This document shows, in pieces, positions 29,339 through 39,937 of a stretch of DNA of 64,000 nucleotides. The position numbers and the translations under genes are program-made. Origin of the DNA: Elusimicrobiota bacterium (GTDB lineage Bacteria; Elusimicrobiota; Elusimicrobia; FEN-1173; JAKLIF01); the NCBI GenBank assembly GCA_022709755.1, contig JAKLIF010000001.1:318661-382660 (forward strand), read 5' to 3'. The notes below the pieces were generated by a model that saw only the letters and a list, made by a program, of their open reading frames with translations, was not told where the DNA came from and searched no databases. Every line of letters begins with the position of its first letter. Position 1 is the stretch's first letter.

Positions 29339-30649
29339 TTATTTTAAAAGCCCGTCCCGCATCACCACGCGGCCGCCGACGATCACGACCGTCGCAAAAC
29401 CGGTCAGGGTCTTTCCCGCGAACGGCGAGTTCTGGCTGAGGGAACAGAACGAGGTGATCGTCCGTGTCCGATTCGGATCGATCAGGACGACGTCGGCCGG
29501 CGCCGCCGGACCCAGATGACCGACGGGGAGCTTCAATATCTTCGCCGGATTCAAGGATATTTTGCGGATCAGGTCGGTCCAGGACAACGCCTTCTTCCGG
29601 ATCAAATGGGTGACGGCCAACGGCAACAGCGTCTCGAGACCGATGATCCCGAACGGCGCGACGGAAAATTCCTGTTCTTTGGCCGAGCGCGTATGAGGCG
29701 CGTGATCGGAAGCGATGGCGTCGATCGTCCCATCGACCAGTCCCGTCACCAGCGCCTCACAGTCCTTCTTCAGGCGCAGGGGCGGGTTCATCTTCGCGTT
29801 GGTCCCGCACCGGGTCACGGCGTCCTCGGTCAGGGTCAGATGGTGAGGTGTCGCCTCCGCGGTCACGCGGACTCCCCTCTTCTTGGCCGCGCGCACGAGT
29901 TCCACGGATTCCAGAGTCGATAGATGGGCCACGTGCAACCGGGACCCGGTCAGTTCCGCCAACGCGATATCCCGCGCCACGGCCACATATTCCGCCTGCC
30001 GGGGGATGCCCTTATACCCCAGGCGGGTGGCCAACGGTCCCTCGTTCATGACGCCGTCCGCCATCAACGCGCGGTCTTCCGCGTGTTCGATGACGACCAG
30101 ATCAAAGACTTTCGCGTATTCCAGGGCGCGCCGCAACAGCTGGCTGTTCGCGACGGAGGCCCCGTCGTCGGTGATGGCGACGCAACCGTCTCCGACCATC
30201 GCGCCGATCTCGGAGAGGGATTCGCCGGTCCGCCCGCGGGTGATGGTGCCGGTGGGCCACACACGCGCCGCGCCGGACTCTTCCGCCTTGCGGAGGATGA
30301 ACCGGACTCCCGCCACGTTGTCCATGGGCGGCCTCGTGTTGGGCATGGCCACCACGCTGGTGATCCCGCCGGCCACAGCCGCCCGTGTCCCCGACTCGAT
30401 CGTTTCGGCGTCTTCGTTGCCGGGCTCGCGAAGATGGACGTGCATGTCCACCAATCCCGGAGCCACGATGAGCCCCCGCGCTTCCAACACGGAGACATCG
30501 CCCGACACCTTGATATTCTTCCCGACCTGGGCGATCTTCCCTTCGCGGACCAACACATCCATCAAACCGTCCCGCTTATGGGCGGGATCCACCACGCGTC
30601 CACCCCGGATCAACAGCGGTCCTTCTGAAAACTTCTTGATGTCGTTCAT
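29339..30649 (-). CDS. pyrC: Dihydroorotase
   Basis: Start MNDIKKF (ATG 30649). PGLVDMHVHLREPG (HxH metal site), ...ASDHAPH. The long N-terminal ORF extension overlaps pyrB and is discarded. Confidence 0.92.
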   Translation of the reverse strand: MNDIKKFSEGPLLIRGGRVVDPAHKRDGLMDVLVREGKIAQVGKNIKVSGDVSVLEARGLIVAPGLVDMHVHLREPGNEDAETIESGTRAAVAGGITSVVAMPNTRPPMDNVAGVRFILRKAEESGAARVWPTGTITRGRTGESLSEIGAMVGDGCVAITDDGASVANSQLLRRALEYAKVFDLVVIEHAEDRALMADGVMNEGPLATRLGYKGIPRQAEYVAVARDIALAELTGSRLHVAHLSTLESVELVRAAKKRGVRVTAEATPHHLTLTEDAVTRCGTNAKMNPPLRLKKDCEALVTGLVDGTIDAIASDHAPHTRSAKEQEFSVAPFGIIGLETLLPLAVTHLIRKKALSWTDLIRKISLNPAKILKLPVGHLGPAAPADVVLIDPNRTRTITSFCSLSQNSPFAGKTLTGFATVVIVGGRVVMRDGLLK

Positions 30650-31635
30650 GCGATGTCCCTCAAGGCCGGTTCGATGGCATTGTTCTCTTTCTCGATCTCG
30701 GAGGGGTCCAACGTGAACCCGTTCGGTCCGGAGAACATGTAGAGGACCGCCATACGGACGGCGATGCCGTTGGTGACCTGTTCGAGGATCATGGAACGGG
30801 GCCCGTCGGCCACTTCCGACGATATCTCCACGCCTCGGTTCATGGGCCCCGGATGGAGAACGAGACAGTCGGGTTTGGCGAGCCGGAGCCGGTTCTGGTT
30901 CAATCCGTACAGTTCCGTATATTCCCGGAGGCTGGGGAGATAATTCCCCTCCTGTCGTTCGCGCTGGAGCCGGAGCACGTTGATGACATCCGCCCCGCGG
31001 AGGGCCTCCTCCAGGTTGAAGGAAACCTGCACTTTCTTTCCGAAAACTTCCCGGATCCCGGGCGGGATCAGCGTGGCCGGACCGCAGACCGTGACCTGGG
31101 CGCCGAGTTTGGTGAGCCCCCACAGGTTCGAACGGGCGACGCGCGAATGGAGGACGTCTCCGACGATCACGATCCGCAGACCGTCGACGCGGTCTTTCTT
31201 CTCAAGGATCGTGAACATATCCAACAGGCCCTGCGTGGGATGCTCATGCGTGCCGTCGCCGGCGTTGATGACGCGCGCCTTGACTTCCGGCGCGACCAAA
31301 TCGGGCGCCCCCGACGAGGAATGGCGCAACACCATGAAATCCACCTTCATGGCCTCCAACGTCTTGGCCGTATCGAGGAGGGATTCCCCTTTCGTCACGG
31401 AGCTCGTGGCGACGGCGATGTTCAGCGTATCGGCGGACAAACGTTTGGCGGCTAGTTCGAACGAACTCCGTGTGCGGGTGGACGGTTCGAAGAACAGAAG
31501 GGCCACCGTCTTTCCACGCAAAACGGGGACTTTCTTGATGGACCGCGTGAACAACGCCTTCATGGGGCGGGTCGTCTCCAAAATCCGTTCGATCTGCGCC
31601 CGCGTCATCTTCTCCAAACCCAATAGGTCTTTCAC
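30646..31635 (-). CDS. pyrB: Aspartate carbamoyltransferase catalytic subunit
   Basis: ALLFFEPSTRTRSSFE, HPGP, LQ...; GTG start at 31635, 4 nt after the pyrR stop. Confidence 0.93.
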   Translation of the reverse strand: MKDLLGLEKMTRAQIERILETTRPMKALFTRSIKKVPVLRGKTVALLFFEPSTRTRSSFELAAKRLSADTLNIAVATSSVTKGESLLDTAKTLEAMKVDFMVLRHSSSGAPDLVAPEVKARVINAGDGTHEHPTQGLLDMFTILEKKDRVDGLRIVIVGDVLHSRVARSNLWGLTKLGAQVTVCGPATLIPPGIREVFGKKVQVSFNLEEALRGADVINVLRLQRERQEGNYLPSLREYTELYGLNQNRLRLAKPDCLVLHPGPMNRGVEISSEVADGPRSMILEQVTNGIAVRMAVLYMFSGPNGFTLDPSEIEKENNAIEPALRDIA

Positions 31636-31639
31636 GCTG

Positions 31640-32215
31640 TCACCTCGCCCCTTTCCGACCGGGACTCTCTTTTCCCGGCGATCTCAACCAGACGGCATCC
31701 TCGCCGTCGATCTCTTCCAGATGGACTTCCACCATCTCGTCGGCGGCGGTGGACACCGTCTCTCCCGCCACGTCCGCGTGGATGGGCAGTTCCCGATGCC
31801 CCCGGTCCACCAGCACAACCAGGTAGATCTTCTTGGGCCGTCCGAAATCCATCAGTTCATCCAGCGCCGACCGGATCGTGCGCCCCGTGTAAAGGACGTC
31901 GTCCACCAGCAGGACCACCTTTCCCGTCACGTCGAAGGGGATGTCCGTGTCCTGAACGATCGGGTGCAAGGCCACTTCATCCATGTCGTCCCGATAAAAA
32001 GTGATGTCCAGCGTGCCCACGGGCGGGCGGGGAACGCCGGCGTCGGCCAAGTGGCGGCCCAACCGTTCGGCGAGAGGAACCCCGCGCCTCTGGATCCCCA
32101 CGACCACCCATTCCGCCGTCGGTTCAGGAACGGTCTTCAGGATGGTCTTGGCCATCTTCTCGATGAGGACGCGGACCTGGTTCTTGGTCAGTATGTTCTT
32201 TCTCGGTAGATTCAT
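31640..32215 (-). CDS. pyrR: Bifunctional pyrimidine regulatory protein PyrR / uracil phosphoribosyltransferase
   Basis: Start MNLPRKNILTKNQVRVLIEKMA (ATG 32215, overlapping the purD stop). PRPP motif VVLLVDDVLYTGRTIRSAL. Confidence 0.9.
   Translation of the reverse strand: MNLPRKNILTKNQVRVLIEKMAKTILKTVPEPTAEWVVVGIQRRGVPLAERLGRHLADAGVPRPPVGTLDITFYRDDMDEVALHPIVQDTDIPFDVTGKVVLLVDDVLYTGRTIRSALDELMDFGRPKKIYLVVLVDRGHRELPIHADVAGETVSTAADEMVEVHLEEIDGEDAVWLRSPGKESPGRKGAR
31656..31680 (-). promoter_or_regulatory. Candidate PyrR-binding-loop-like RNA hairpin overlapping the 3' end of pyrR, ~20-45 nt upstream of the pyrB GTG
   Basis: Minus-strand RNA CGCCGGGAAAAGAGAGUCCCGGUCGG. 5-7-bp GC stem closing a purine-rich loop that contains AGAGAG, reminiscent of the ...AGAGAGG... 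loop of PyrR binding sites. Confidence 0.25.
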
Positions 32216-33510
32216 GAGCGAGCTCCGGACGCCGTCTTCAGCGCTTTGGCGGCGATGTCTTTTCTGAAATAGATTCCGTCGAATCGGATGGATCGGGCGG
32301 CCGCGTAAGCCCGCCGACAGGCCGTTTCCAGGTCGGGGCCCAAACCCGTCACTCCCAACACCCGTCCTCCGGCGGTCAGGCACCGATCGTTCCGGCGCAC
32401 GGTTCCCGCATGGAAGACCGCCACATCTTCCTGAAGGGCCACGCGGTCCAGCCCGGAGATCTCTTGGCCCTTCTCATAGTCGCCCGGATACCCTCCCGAC
32501 GCCAGCACCACGCAGACCGCCGCGCCGGATTTCACGCGCAACTCGACTTCGTGGAGACGGTTCCCGACCGAGGCCTGGATCACATCAAAAAGATCGTTTT
32601 CCATCAGGGGGAGCACGGCCTGCGTTTCCGGATCGCCGAACCTCACGTTGAACTCCAATATCTTCGGGCCGGATTCCGTCACCATTATACCGAAATAAAT
32701 CACTCCCTCATATCGGAGATTTCGTTCCCTCAACCCCTTCAGGAACGGCTCGAACACCCTCTTCCGGACGGATTCCCAGACCGGGCCCGTCACGAAGGGC
32801 ACCGGCGCATAGGCGCCCATCCCGCCGGTGTTGGGACCCTGATCCCCATCGCCGATACGTTTATGGTCCTGGGACGGGGGAAGGGGGCGGAGGGTCTTTC
32901 CATCGCAGAACGCCATGACGCTCAACTCGTCCCCCTCCAAAAGCTCTTCGATCACCACGCGGGCGCCGGCCGATCCGAAGGCCTTCCGATCCATCAACTC
33001 CCGCAGCGCCTCCAACACTCCGGCGCGGTCCTTGCAGACAAAAACTCCTTTACCCGCGGCCAACCCGTCGGCCTTCACCACCCGGAACGGCTCTTTCCAT
33101 TCGACGGACTCCACAAAGGCGACCGCTTGGGAAAGGTCCGAAAACTCCCTGTAATCGGCTGTGGGGATCCCGTGTTCCGTCATGAACCGTTTAGCGAAAA
33201 TCTTGCTCCCCTCGAGTTGCGCCGCCTCCCGGCCGGGCCCGAAGACCGCCCCCCCGTCTTTCCGGATCAGGTCGGCCAGTCCTTCCACCAGGGGCGCTTC
33301 CGGACCGACGACCGTCAATCCGATCTTCTGTTCCTTCAGGAAAGAGAGGACGTTCCGTCCGTCCTTCAGGTCCAGCGGCACGCCGCGCGCCACGGCGTCG
33401 ATCCCGGCGTTGCCCGGCGAACACCAGAGCGTCTCCACCCGGGGACTCTTCTTCAAGGCCCAGGCCAACGCGTGTTCGCGACCGCCGCCACCGATGAGGA
33501 GAACGTTCAT
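32212..33510 (-). CDS. purD: Phosphoribosylamine--glycine ligase
   Basis: MNVLLIGGGGREHALAWAL...; ATP-grasp region; 432 aa. Confidence 0.93.
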   Translation of the reverse strand: MNVLLIGGGGREHALAWALKKSPRVETLWCSPGNAGIDAVARGVPLDLKDGRNVLSFLKEQKIGLTVVGPEAPLVEGLADLIRKDGGAVFGPGREAAQLEGSKIFAKRFMTEHGIPTADYREFSDLSQAVAFVESVEWKEPFRVVKADGLAAGKGVFVCKDRAGVLEALRELMDRKAFGSAGARVVIEELLEGDELSVMAFCDGKTLRPLPPSQDHKRIGDGDQGPNTGGMGAYAPVPFVTGPVWESVRKRVFEPFLKGLRERNLRYEGVIYFGIMVTESGPKILEFNVRFGDPETQAVLPLMENDLFDVIQASVGNRLHEVELRVKSGAAVCVVLASGGYPGDYEKGQEISGLDRVALQEDVAVFHAGTVRRNDRCLTAGGRVLGVTGLGPDLETACRRAYAAARSIRFDGIYFRKDIAAKALKTASGARS

Positions 33511-33513
33511 GTA

Positions 33514-34017
33514 TTACCTGGATTTCAATTTTTTCGACAGGACCTTCCGTCGGAGATCGCGCTTATAGGCCGCCACTCGGTTCAAAAGCCCCTCATCGAC
33601 GAGCGTCCCGCCGGCGCCCAGGATCTGGGCGGCCAACACCCCCGCGTTCCAGGCGTTGCCGATCGCGACGGTGGCCACCGGGACGCCGCGCGGCATCTGC
33701 ACGATGGACAACAGCGAATCCTGTCCCTTCAGCGGCCCGAAAGGGACCGGCACCCCGATCACGGGCAGTTCGGTCAACGCGGCGATCATCCCCGGCAGAT
33801 GGGCGGCCCCGCCGGCTCCGGCGATCACCACGCGAACGCCCCGCCGGCGCGCTTGCTCGGCGAACCCCACCATCTCTTTCGGCGTGCGGTGCGCGGACAC
33901 CACCGCCGTCTCATGGGGAACGCCCAGCACGGTCAAAATCTCGGCGGCTTCCTTCATCACCGGCCAATCCGAATCACTCCCCATCACGATGCTGACCTTG
34001 GGTCTGCTCTTTTTCAT
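33514..34017 (-). CDS. purE: N5-carboxyaminoimidazole ribonucleotide mutase
   Basis: Start [21 protein letters not shown]...SAHRTP...[15 protein letters not shown]. Confidence 0.92.
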   Translation of the reverse strand: MKKSRPKVSIVMGSDSDWPVMKEAAEILTVLGVPHETAVVSAHRTPKEMVGFAEQARRRGVRVVIAGAGGAAHLPGMIAALTELPVIGVPVPFGPLKGQDSLLSIVQMPRGVPVATVAIGNAWNAGVLAAQILGAGGTLVDEGLLNRVAAYKRDLRRKVLSKKLKSR

Positions 34018-35210
34018 CGTTCGGTCCCTTCCTTCCCTCTCTTCAGATTTTCTTCCCATTGCCGACGGTAATCTTCCATCATTTTGACCAGCTTTGCAAT
34101 CTGTTCCGGCGACCCGGCCGTGGCGTTCAGATGTCCCATCTTCCGGCGCGGCTGAAGGTCGTCCTTGTCATACCAATGAAGATGGAGTTGGGCCGGGACG
34201 GGGGGAAGGTCTTTCCGCGACGCGATCCCCCGACAACCGGCCGGACCCAGCAAGTTCTGCATGGCGAACACGCCCGGACAATCGGTGGGTCCCAACGGCC
34301 AGCCCAGGACCGCCCTCCAATGGTTCTCGAACTGGGCGGTCTTGGCGGCATCCATGGTATAGTGGCCGCTGTTGTGGACGCGCGGCGCGATCTCGTTCAC
34401 CCAGAGTTCTCCGCCGGAGGTCTCGAACAGTTCCAGCGCAAAACATCCGTACAGGTTCATCTTCTCCGCCAGACGGCGGGCATACTCGCGGGCGTCCCGG
34501 TCCAACTGAGCCGACACGCCGAACGAGACGGCCGGACCCTGGACCCGGAAACAGATCCCCTCATCCTGTTCGGAGATCACCAGGGGATACGCCGAGAATT
34601 CGGAGGTGCGGGAATAGCACGCCACCAACGCCAGTTCCCGCCGGAAGTCGACCCGCGGTTCGGCGAAAAGGGGGATGCCCCTCTTGTCCGCCTGGCGGCA
34701 AAAATCGACCGCCGCGTCGCGATCGGCGCGACCCCCTGTCGATATAAAAACGCCTTTCCCGTCATATCCCCCCTGGGCCCATTTCATCACGCAGGAACCC
34801 GAATACCGGTCGAAGGCCCTTTTGACCCAGGCCTCCGCCGTTTCCCCGTCGGACCTGACGATGAAGGGGGCGCAGGGGATATCCAATTGGACGAGCAATT
34901 CCTTCTGACGGATCTTATTCTGGAACAGCCGGATCACATCGACGGCCGGCTGGAACTCGCAGTACAATCCCTGAGCCGCTTTCCGGAGGATGTCGGTGTC
35001 GATGAACTCGTTCTCATAAACCGCCACATCCACCGACTCCAAAAAATCCCTCAACGACTTCGGGTCGCCCCACCGGCCCGACACGGTCTTGCGGCAGACC
35101 TTGGCGGCGGGACTGGAGGGATCGTCGGTGTAGACGACGGGGCGGAGCCCCATCGAATGAGCGGCGTCGGTCAGCATCCGCGCCAACTGGCCGCCCCCCA
35201 GGATCCCCAT
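34014..35210 (-). CDS. purK: N5-carboxyaminoimidazole ribonucleotide synthase
   Basis: [21 protein letters not shown]... ATP-grasp; N-terminal ORF extension probably not translated. Confidence 0.88.
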   Translation of the reverse strand: MGILGGGQLARMLTDAAHSMGLRPVVYTDDPSSPAAKVCRKTVSGRWGDPKSLRDFLESVDVAVYENEFIDTDILRKAAQGLYCEFQPAVDVIRLFQNKIRQKELLVQLDIPCAPFIVRSDGETAEAWVKRAFDRYSGSCVMKWAQGGYDGKGVFISTGGRADRDAAVDFCRQADKRGIPLFAEPRVDFRRELALVACYSRTSEFSAYPLVISEQDEGICFRVQGPAVSFGVSAQLDRDAREYARRLAEKMNLYGCFALELFETSGGELWVNEIAPRVHNSGHYTMDAAKTAQFENHWRAVLGWPLGPTDCPGVFAMQNLLGPAGCRGIASRKDLPPVPAQLHLHWYDKDDLQPRRKMGHLNATAGSPEQIAKLVKMMEDYRRQWEENLKRGKEGTER

Positions 35211-35295
35211 GGATCGGACCCCCGAATCCGTCCGACGGACATCCGTGCGCCGGTTCATCCTCTTTTTGTTCATCATCAGTGTCATCATGGCCCTG

Positions 35296-36735
35296 TCACT
35301 TCATCGTCCCGTGCGCCGGGACGGGGATCGGATACATATTCGTAAAACACGCGGTGCAAAAATCGCGGGGCGGAAGGCCGGTCGCCTTCAACATTCCCCC
35401 CAGACTGAGATAGGTGAGGCTGTCCGCGCGGAGATACTCTTTGATCCGGTCGGTCTTGAGCCGGAAGGCGATCAGTTCTTTGTCCCGCGGCGTGTCGATC
35501 CCGTAGAAACAGGGGCCCACGATCGGGGGCGAACTGATCTTGATGTGAATCTCCCGGGCTCCGGCCTGACGGAGCATCCGGATGAGCTTCCGGCTCGTCG
35601 TCCCCCGGACGATGGAATCATCCACGAGGATCACCCGTTTTCCACGGATGGCTTCCGGAACCACGCTGTATTTCATCCGGGCGCCGAAATCACGAATGGC
35701 CTGTTTGGGCTCGATGAACGTGCGCCCCACGTAGTGACTGCGGATGAGCCCGATCTCGAAGGGGATGCCGGACTGTTCCGAATAACCGACCGCCGCGCAG
35801 TTGGCCGAATCGGGAACGGCGACCACGATGTCCGCCCGCACCGGCGCCTCGCGGGCCAGTTGACGGCCCAGTTCCCGGCGGACCTGATAGACGCTCTTGC
35901 CGAAGATCTGGCTGTCGGGACGCGAGAAATAGATGAACTCGAAGATGCATTGAGCCCGGCCCGACGACGGGAGCTTCTCGACGGAGCGGATCCCCTGGTC
36001 ATCCAGACAGACGATCTCGCCGGGGTTCACTTCCCGCACCAGCCGCCCGCCGATGATCTCGAACGCGCAGGTCTCCGACGCCAGGACGAAAGACCCGTTC
36101 AGCCGGCCGATGTGGAGGGGTCTGACTCCCCACGGATCGCGCACGGCATAGAGCGCTTTGGGGGTGAGGATCCCGATGGAATAGGCGCCCTCCACCTGAG
36201 AGAAGGCGTCCTTCATCGCCGCGACGAACGTCTTCGCGTCCGACTTGGCGATCAAGTGCAGAATGGTCTCGCTGTCGGCCGAGGTCTGAAAAATGGACCC
36301 TTCCTTCTCCAAGCGCTGCCGGAGGATCTGCGCGTTGGTCAGGTTCCCGTTATGAGCCAGCGCCAAAGGACCCCACGCCGTGGCGACCACGATGGGCTGG
36401 GCGTTGACCAGCAACGACATCCCCGCCGTACCGTACCGCACATGGCCGATGGAATGCCGGCCCCGGAGACGGTCCAAGACCGACTGATTGAAAACGTCCG
36501 ACACCAATCCCATCCCGAGATGGGAATAGAACCTCTTCGTGTCCGACGTCACGATCCCCGCCGATTCCTGTCCGCGATGCTGGAGCTGATGGAGACCGAG
36601 ATACGTGAGGCGGGACACGTCCGCGTGGTTGTAGATGCCGAAGACGCCGCATTCCTCGCGCATCCGGTCGAAGGGCTCTTTCATGGACTCCTCTGAAGAC
36701 ATGACTTCAATTCCTCTCTTTCCATTCCATCGCAT
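35296..36735 (-). CDS. purF: Amidophosphoribosyltransferase
   Basis: N-terminal nucleophile CGVFGI (after a propeptide). PRTase motif VILVDDSIVRGTTS. C-terminal Cys ligands for a 4Fe-4S cluster (CTACFTNMYP). Confidence 0.93.
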   Translation of the reverse strand: MRWNGKRGIEVMSSEESMKEPFDRMREECGVFGIYNHADVSRLTYLGLHQLQHRGQESAGIVTSDTKRFYSHLGMGLVSDVFNQSVLDRLRGRHSIGHVRYGTAGMSLLVNAQPIVVATAWGPLALAHNGNLTNAQILRQRLEKEGSIFQTSADSETILHLIAKSDAKTFVAAMKDAFSQVEGAYSIGILTPKALYAVRDPWGVRPLHIGRLNGSFVLASETCAFEIIGGRLVREVNPGEIVCLDDQGIRSVEKLPSSGRAQCIFEFIYFSRPDSQIFGKSVYQVRRELGRQLAREAPVRADIVVAVPDSANCAAVGYSEQSGIPFEIGLIRSHYVGRTFIEPKQAIRDFGARMKYSVVPEAIRGKRVILVDDSIVRGTTSRKLIRMLRQAGAREIHIKISSPPIVGPCFYGIDTPRDKELIAFRLKTDRIKEYLRADSLTYLSLGGMLKATGLPPRDFCTACFTNMYPIPVPAHGTMK

Positions 36736-37504
36736 GGCGAACCATGTTCTTGAAAATCTGGAATCCCACGCCGTGTTCGGGCTGACGGCTCAGACGGGTC
36801 CAGTGGGAATGCTGATGGGGGAACGCGTGCCGTTCCGGGTGAGGCATCAGCCCCAGCACGTTCCCCGCCGGATTGCACAGTCCCGCCACATGTCCGACGG
36901 ATCCGTTCGGGTTCCACGGATATCCCGCCAGACGGCCGTGGGCGTCGGCGTATTTGAAGACCACCTGCCCCCGCTTCTCCAAAGCGGTCAGGAACGAACT
37001 GGATTCCGGAACGAACTTCCCCTCTCCGTGCGCCACCGGCAACGGGAACACCGACGGAAGACCTTTCACGAAAGGGCACCGGCGGGACGCCACCTTGAGA
37101 TAGGACCACCGGCATTCGAACCGGCCCGAATCGTTCTCGGCCAGCGTCACCCGGATCCGGAAATCCTCACCGTCGAGACCGGGCAGAAGCCCGCACTTCA
37201 CCAACACCTGAAAACCGTTGCAGATCCCGAGGAGGGGGCGTCCCGACTTCACGAACTCTTCCAACGGGGACCGGAGCCGGTTCAACAGTTGGTTCGCCAG
37301 CACCTTCCCCGACGCGATGTCGTCTCCATACGAGAAACCGCCGGGGATGACGACAATGTCATAATCCTGCAACTTCTTCTCCCCCCGGACGAGCCGGTTG
37401 ACGTGGACGCGGTCGGGCTGGGCTCCGGCCTCTTCCAAAGACCAGGCCGTCTCCTCATCGCAATTCGTTCCGGCGCACCGGATCACCAACGCCCGCACGA
37501 TCAT
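36707..37504 (-). CDS. purQ: Phosphoribosylformylglycinamidine synthase, glutaminase subunit
   Basis: Class I GATase: GICNGFQVL (catalytic Cys), HPE. Confidence 0.9.
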   Translation of the reverse strand: MIVRALVIRCAGTNCDEETAWSLEEAGAQPDRVHVNRLVRGEKKLQDYDIVVIPGGFSYGDDIASGKVLANQLLNRLRSPLEEFVKSGRPLLGICNGFQVLVKCGLLPGLDGEDFRIRVTLAENDSGRFECRWSYLKVASRRCPFVKGLPSVFPLPVAHGEGKFVPESSSFLTALEKRGQVVFKYADAHGRLAGYPWNPNGSVGHVAGLCNPAGNVLGLMPHPERHAFPHQHSHWTRLSRQPEHGVGFQIFKNMVRHAMEWKERN

Positions 37505-39937
37505 CTAAGGAGTCAATCCTTCCCGCCAGGCCGTTTCCACCTGGCGCAACGACCATGAATATTTCCCCCGGGTCAACCCGACCATGTCGATCCGCCCGTT
37601 CTCCCGCACCTGCCCGACGCGCGCAAAAGAGACTCCCTGGAGATGTCCCTCGAACCGGCGGGCCTGCGTCGACGGGACCTCCGCGACGAACCGCCCGTTG
37701 GATTCCGAAAAAAGGATCTTATCGTCCCGCTCCTGCGCCTTCAGGTCCGGCGAAACGGGGACCCGGTCCAGATCGACATGCAGTCCCATCGCCCCCCCGA
37801 TGGCCATCTCGGCCAGGGCCACGCCCAGCCCTCCATCGGAACAATCGTGGCACGAAACCACCCAGCCCCGGTGGATCGCCTCCGATAATCGTTCATAAAG
37901 GACGATGGTTTCCTTCGGGTCCAGGCGCGGCACCTCTCCCCCCGGCGTGTTCAGGAGCCGTCCGTATTGCGATCCGCCCAACTCGTCCCGCGTGGTCCCC
38001 AGGACATAGATCCAATTCCCGGCCCGCTTGAAATCCATGGTGATCAGCCGGCGGATATCGTCGACCCCGGCGATGGCCGACACCAACAGGGTCGTCGGGA
38101 TGCTGCGTTTGCCTCCCGAGGCCCGGTCCACGAACTGATTGTTCAGACTGTCTTTGCCCGAAATGAACGGCGTGCCGTAGGCGAGGGCCACGTCATAACA
38201 AGCCTGGGCCGCGCGCACCAACTCCCCCATGCACTTGGGCGTCTGCGGATCCCCTCCGCAGAAATTATCCAGGAGCGCGACCCGGTCGAGACGGGCCCCG
38301 ACGGCGATCAGGTTCCGGATGGACTCGTCGATGGCCGACGCCGCCATCCAATACGGGTCCCACCGGCTGAAATGGGGGCACAACCCGTTGGAGACGGCCA
38401 CGCCCGCCATTGAAGGAGGGTCGCCCCTCAACACGGCGGCGTCGCCGGGACCCCGCTGTTGCACCCCGACGAGCGGCTTCAACACGGTGCGGCCCTGGAC
38501 TTCGTGGTCGTATTGACGGATGATCCATTCCTTGCTGGCCACCGTGGGGGCCGCCAACACTTTCATCAGGATGCTCTGCAAATGCGTCGAGTCCCTCAAT
38601 GCCCGCAACGTCGGGTTCGGAAATGCCTTCTGCGGAGGAGGAGACCAAAAAGATTTCAATTGGCGTTTCGGGACCCCGTCATGGAGGAAACTCATCTTCA
38701 GGTCCACGATCCGCTCGTCCCGGTAGTTGACCCGGAGGCGCCCGTCGTCCGTGAACTCCCCGATGTCGCTGCATTCCACGTCCTCGTCGGACAGGAGGAG
38801 ACGGAGCTCGTCCATGTTTTCGGGAGGGACCGCCAGCACCATGCGTTCCTGGGATTCGGAGAGCCAGATCTCCCACGGGGTCAAACCGGTGTATTTGAGC
38901 GGGACCCGCTCGAGAGAGACGGAGGCCCCGGTCTCGGCGCCCATCTCGCCGACCGCCGAAGACAATCCGCCCGCGCCGCAATCCGTGACGCCCCGATACA
39001 ACCGCCGGTCCCTCGCCTGAAGAAGGGCATCCATCATCTTCTTCTGGACGATGGGGTTCCCGATCTGAACAACGCTCGACGGGATGCCGTCACTGAGACT
39101 GTCCGATGAAAAAGTGGCCCCATGGATCCCGTCCCGTCCCACGCGCCCCCCCACCATCACGATGCGGTCGCCGGGCCGGACTTCCTTATGCACCGCCGAT
39201 ACGGGGAGGATCCCCACCGTGCCGCAGAACACCAGCGGGTTGTCGGCGAAGTCCTCATCGAAATAGACGGCCCCGTTCACCGTCGGGATCCCCATGCGGT
39301 TTCCGTAATCCCTCACGCCGGAGACGACGCCATGAAAGATCCTTCGCGTCGAAAGCCGCCGGCCTCGATCCCCCCTCTTCTGACCCTGCAGGGGGGCGAA
39401 ACAAAAAACGTCCGTGCTCGCGATGGGACGCGCGCCCAACCCCGCCCCCATGATATCCCGGATCACGCCGCCCAATCCCGTGCCGGCGCCCCCATAAGGT
39501 TCCAACGCGGAAGGATGGTTGTGCGTCTCCACCTTGAAAGCGATCGCCCGGTCCCCGTCGTAAGAGACGATCCCCGCATTGTCTTTGAACACCGAAACGC
39601 ACCAGGGGCGGCGCAGCTCCTCGGTGACGCGCATGATGGTCTCTTTCAACAGGTTCTTGTATTTCCGGCACCGGTCCATCCCCAGTTCATCCTTCTCCGT
39701 GTGAGTGACAGAGGCGCGGAACGATTTATGATTGCAATGTTCGGACCACGTCTGGGCCAACGTCTCCAACTCGGCATCGGTCGGATCGCGCCCGAGGGCG
39801 TTGAAATATTTCTGGATGGCCGCCATCTCCGGCAGGTTCAAGGACAAACCGCGGCCACGGCTCAATTCCATCAGTTCATCCGGCGAACGGTCGGCGAAAC
39901 CGATCTCGATCCGGTGAGTCGCGGCGGCGGGGTTCAT
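37505..39937 (-). CDS. purL: Phosphoribosylformylglycinamidine synthase subunit PurL (FGAM synthase II)
   Basis: 810 aa; ...EHCNHKSF...; duplicated AIRS-like domains. Confidence 0.92.
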   Translation of the reverse strand: MNPAAATHRIEIGFADRSPDELMELSRGRGLSLNLPEMAAIQKYFNALGRDPTDAELETLAQTWSEHCNHKSFRASVTHTEKDELGMDRCRKYKNLLKETIMRVTEELRRPWCVSVFKDNAGIVSYDGDRAIAFKVETHNHPSALEPYGGAGTGLGGVIRDIMGAGLGARPIASTDVFCFAPLQGQKRGDRGRRLSTRRIFHGVVSGVRDYGNRMGIPTVNGAVYFDEDFADNPLVFCGTVGILPVSAVHKEVRPGDRIVMVGGRVGRDGIHGATFSSDSLSDGIPSSVVQIGNPIVQKKMMDALLQARDRRLYRGVTDCGAGGLSSAVGEMGAETGASVSLERVPLKYTGLTPWEIWLSESQERMVLAVPPENMDELRLLLSDEDVECSDIGEFTDDGRLRVNYRDERIVDLKMSFLHDGVPKRQLKSFWSPPPQKAFPNPTLRALRDSTHLQSILMKVLAAPTVASKEWIIRQYDHEVQGRTVLKPLVGVQQRGPGDAAVLRGDPPSMAGVAVSNGLCPHFSRWDPYWMAASAIDESIRNLIAVGARLDRVALLDNFCGGDPQTPKCMGELVRAAQACYDVALAYGTPFISGKDSLNNQFVDRASGGKRSIPTTLLVSAIAGVDDIRRLITMDFKRAGNWIYVLGTTRDELGGSQYGRLLNTPGGEVPRLDPKETIVLYERLSEAIHRGWVVSCHDCSDGGLGVALAEMAIGGAMGLHVDLDRVPVSPDLKAQERDDKILFSESNGRFVAEVPSTQARRFEGHLQGVSFARVGQVRENGRIDMVGLTRGKYSWSLRQVETAWREGLTP

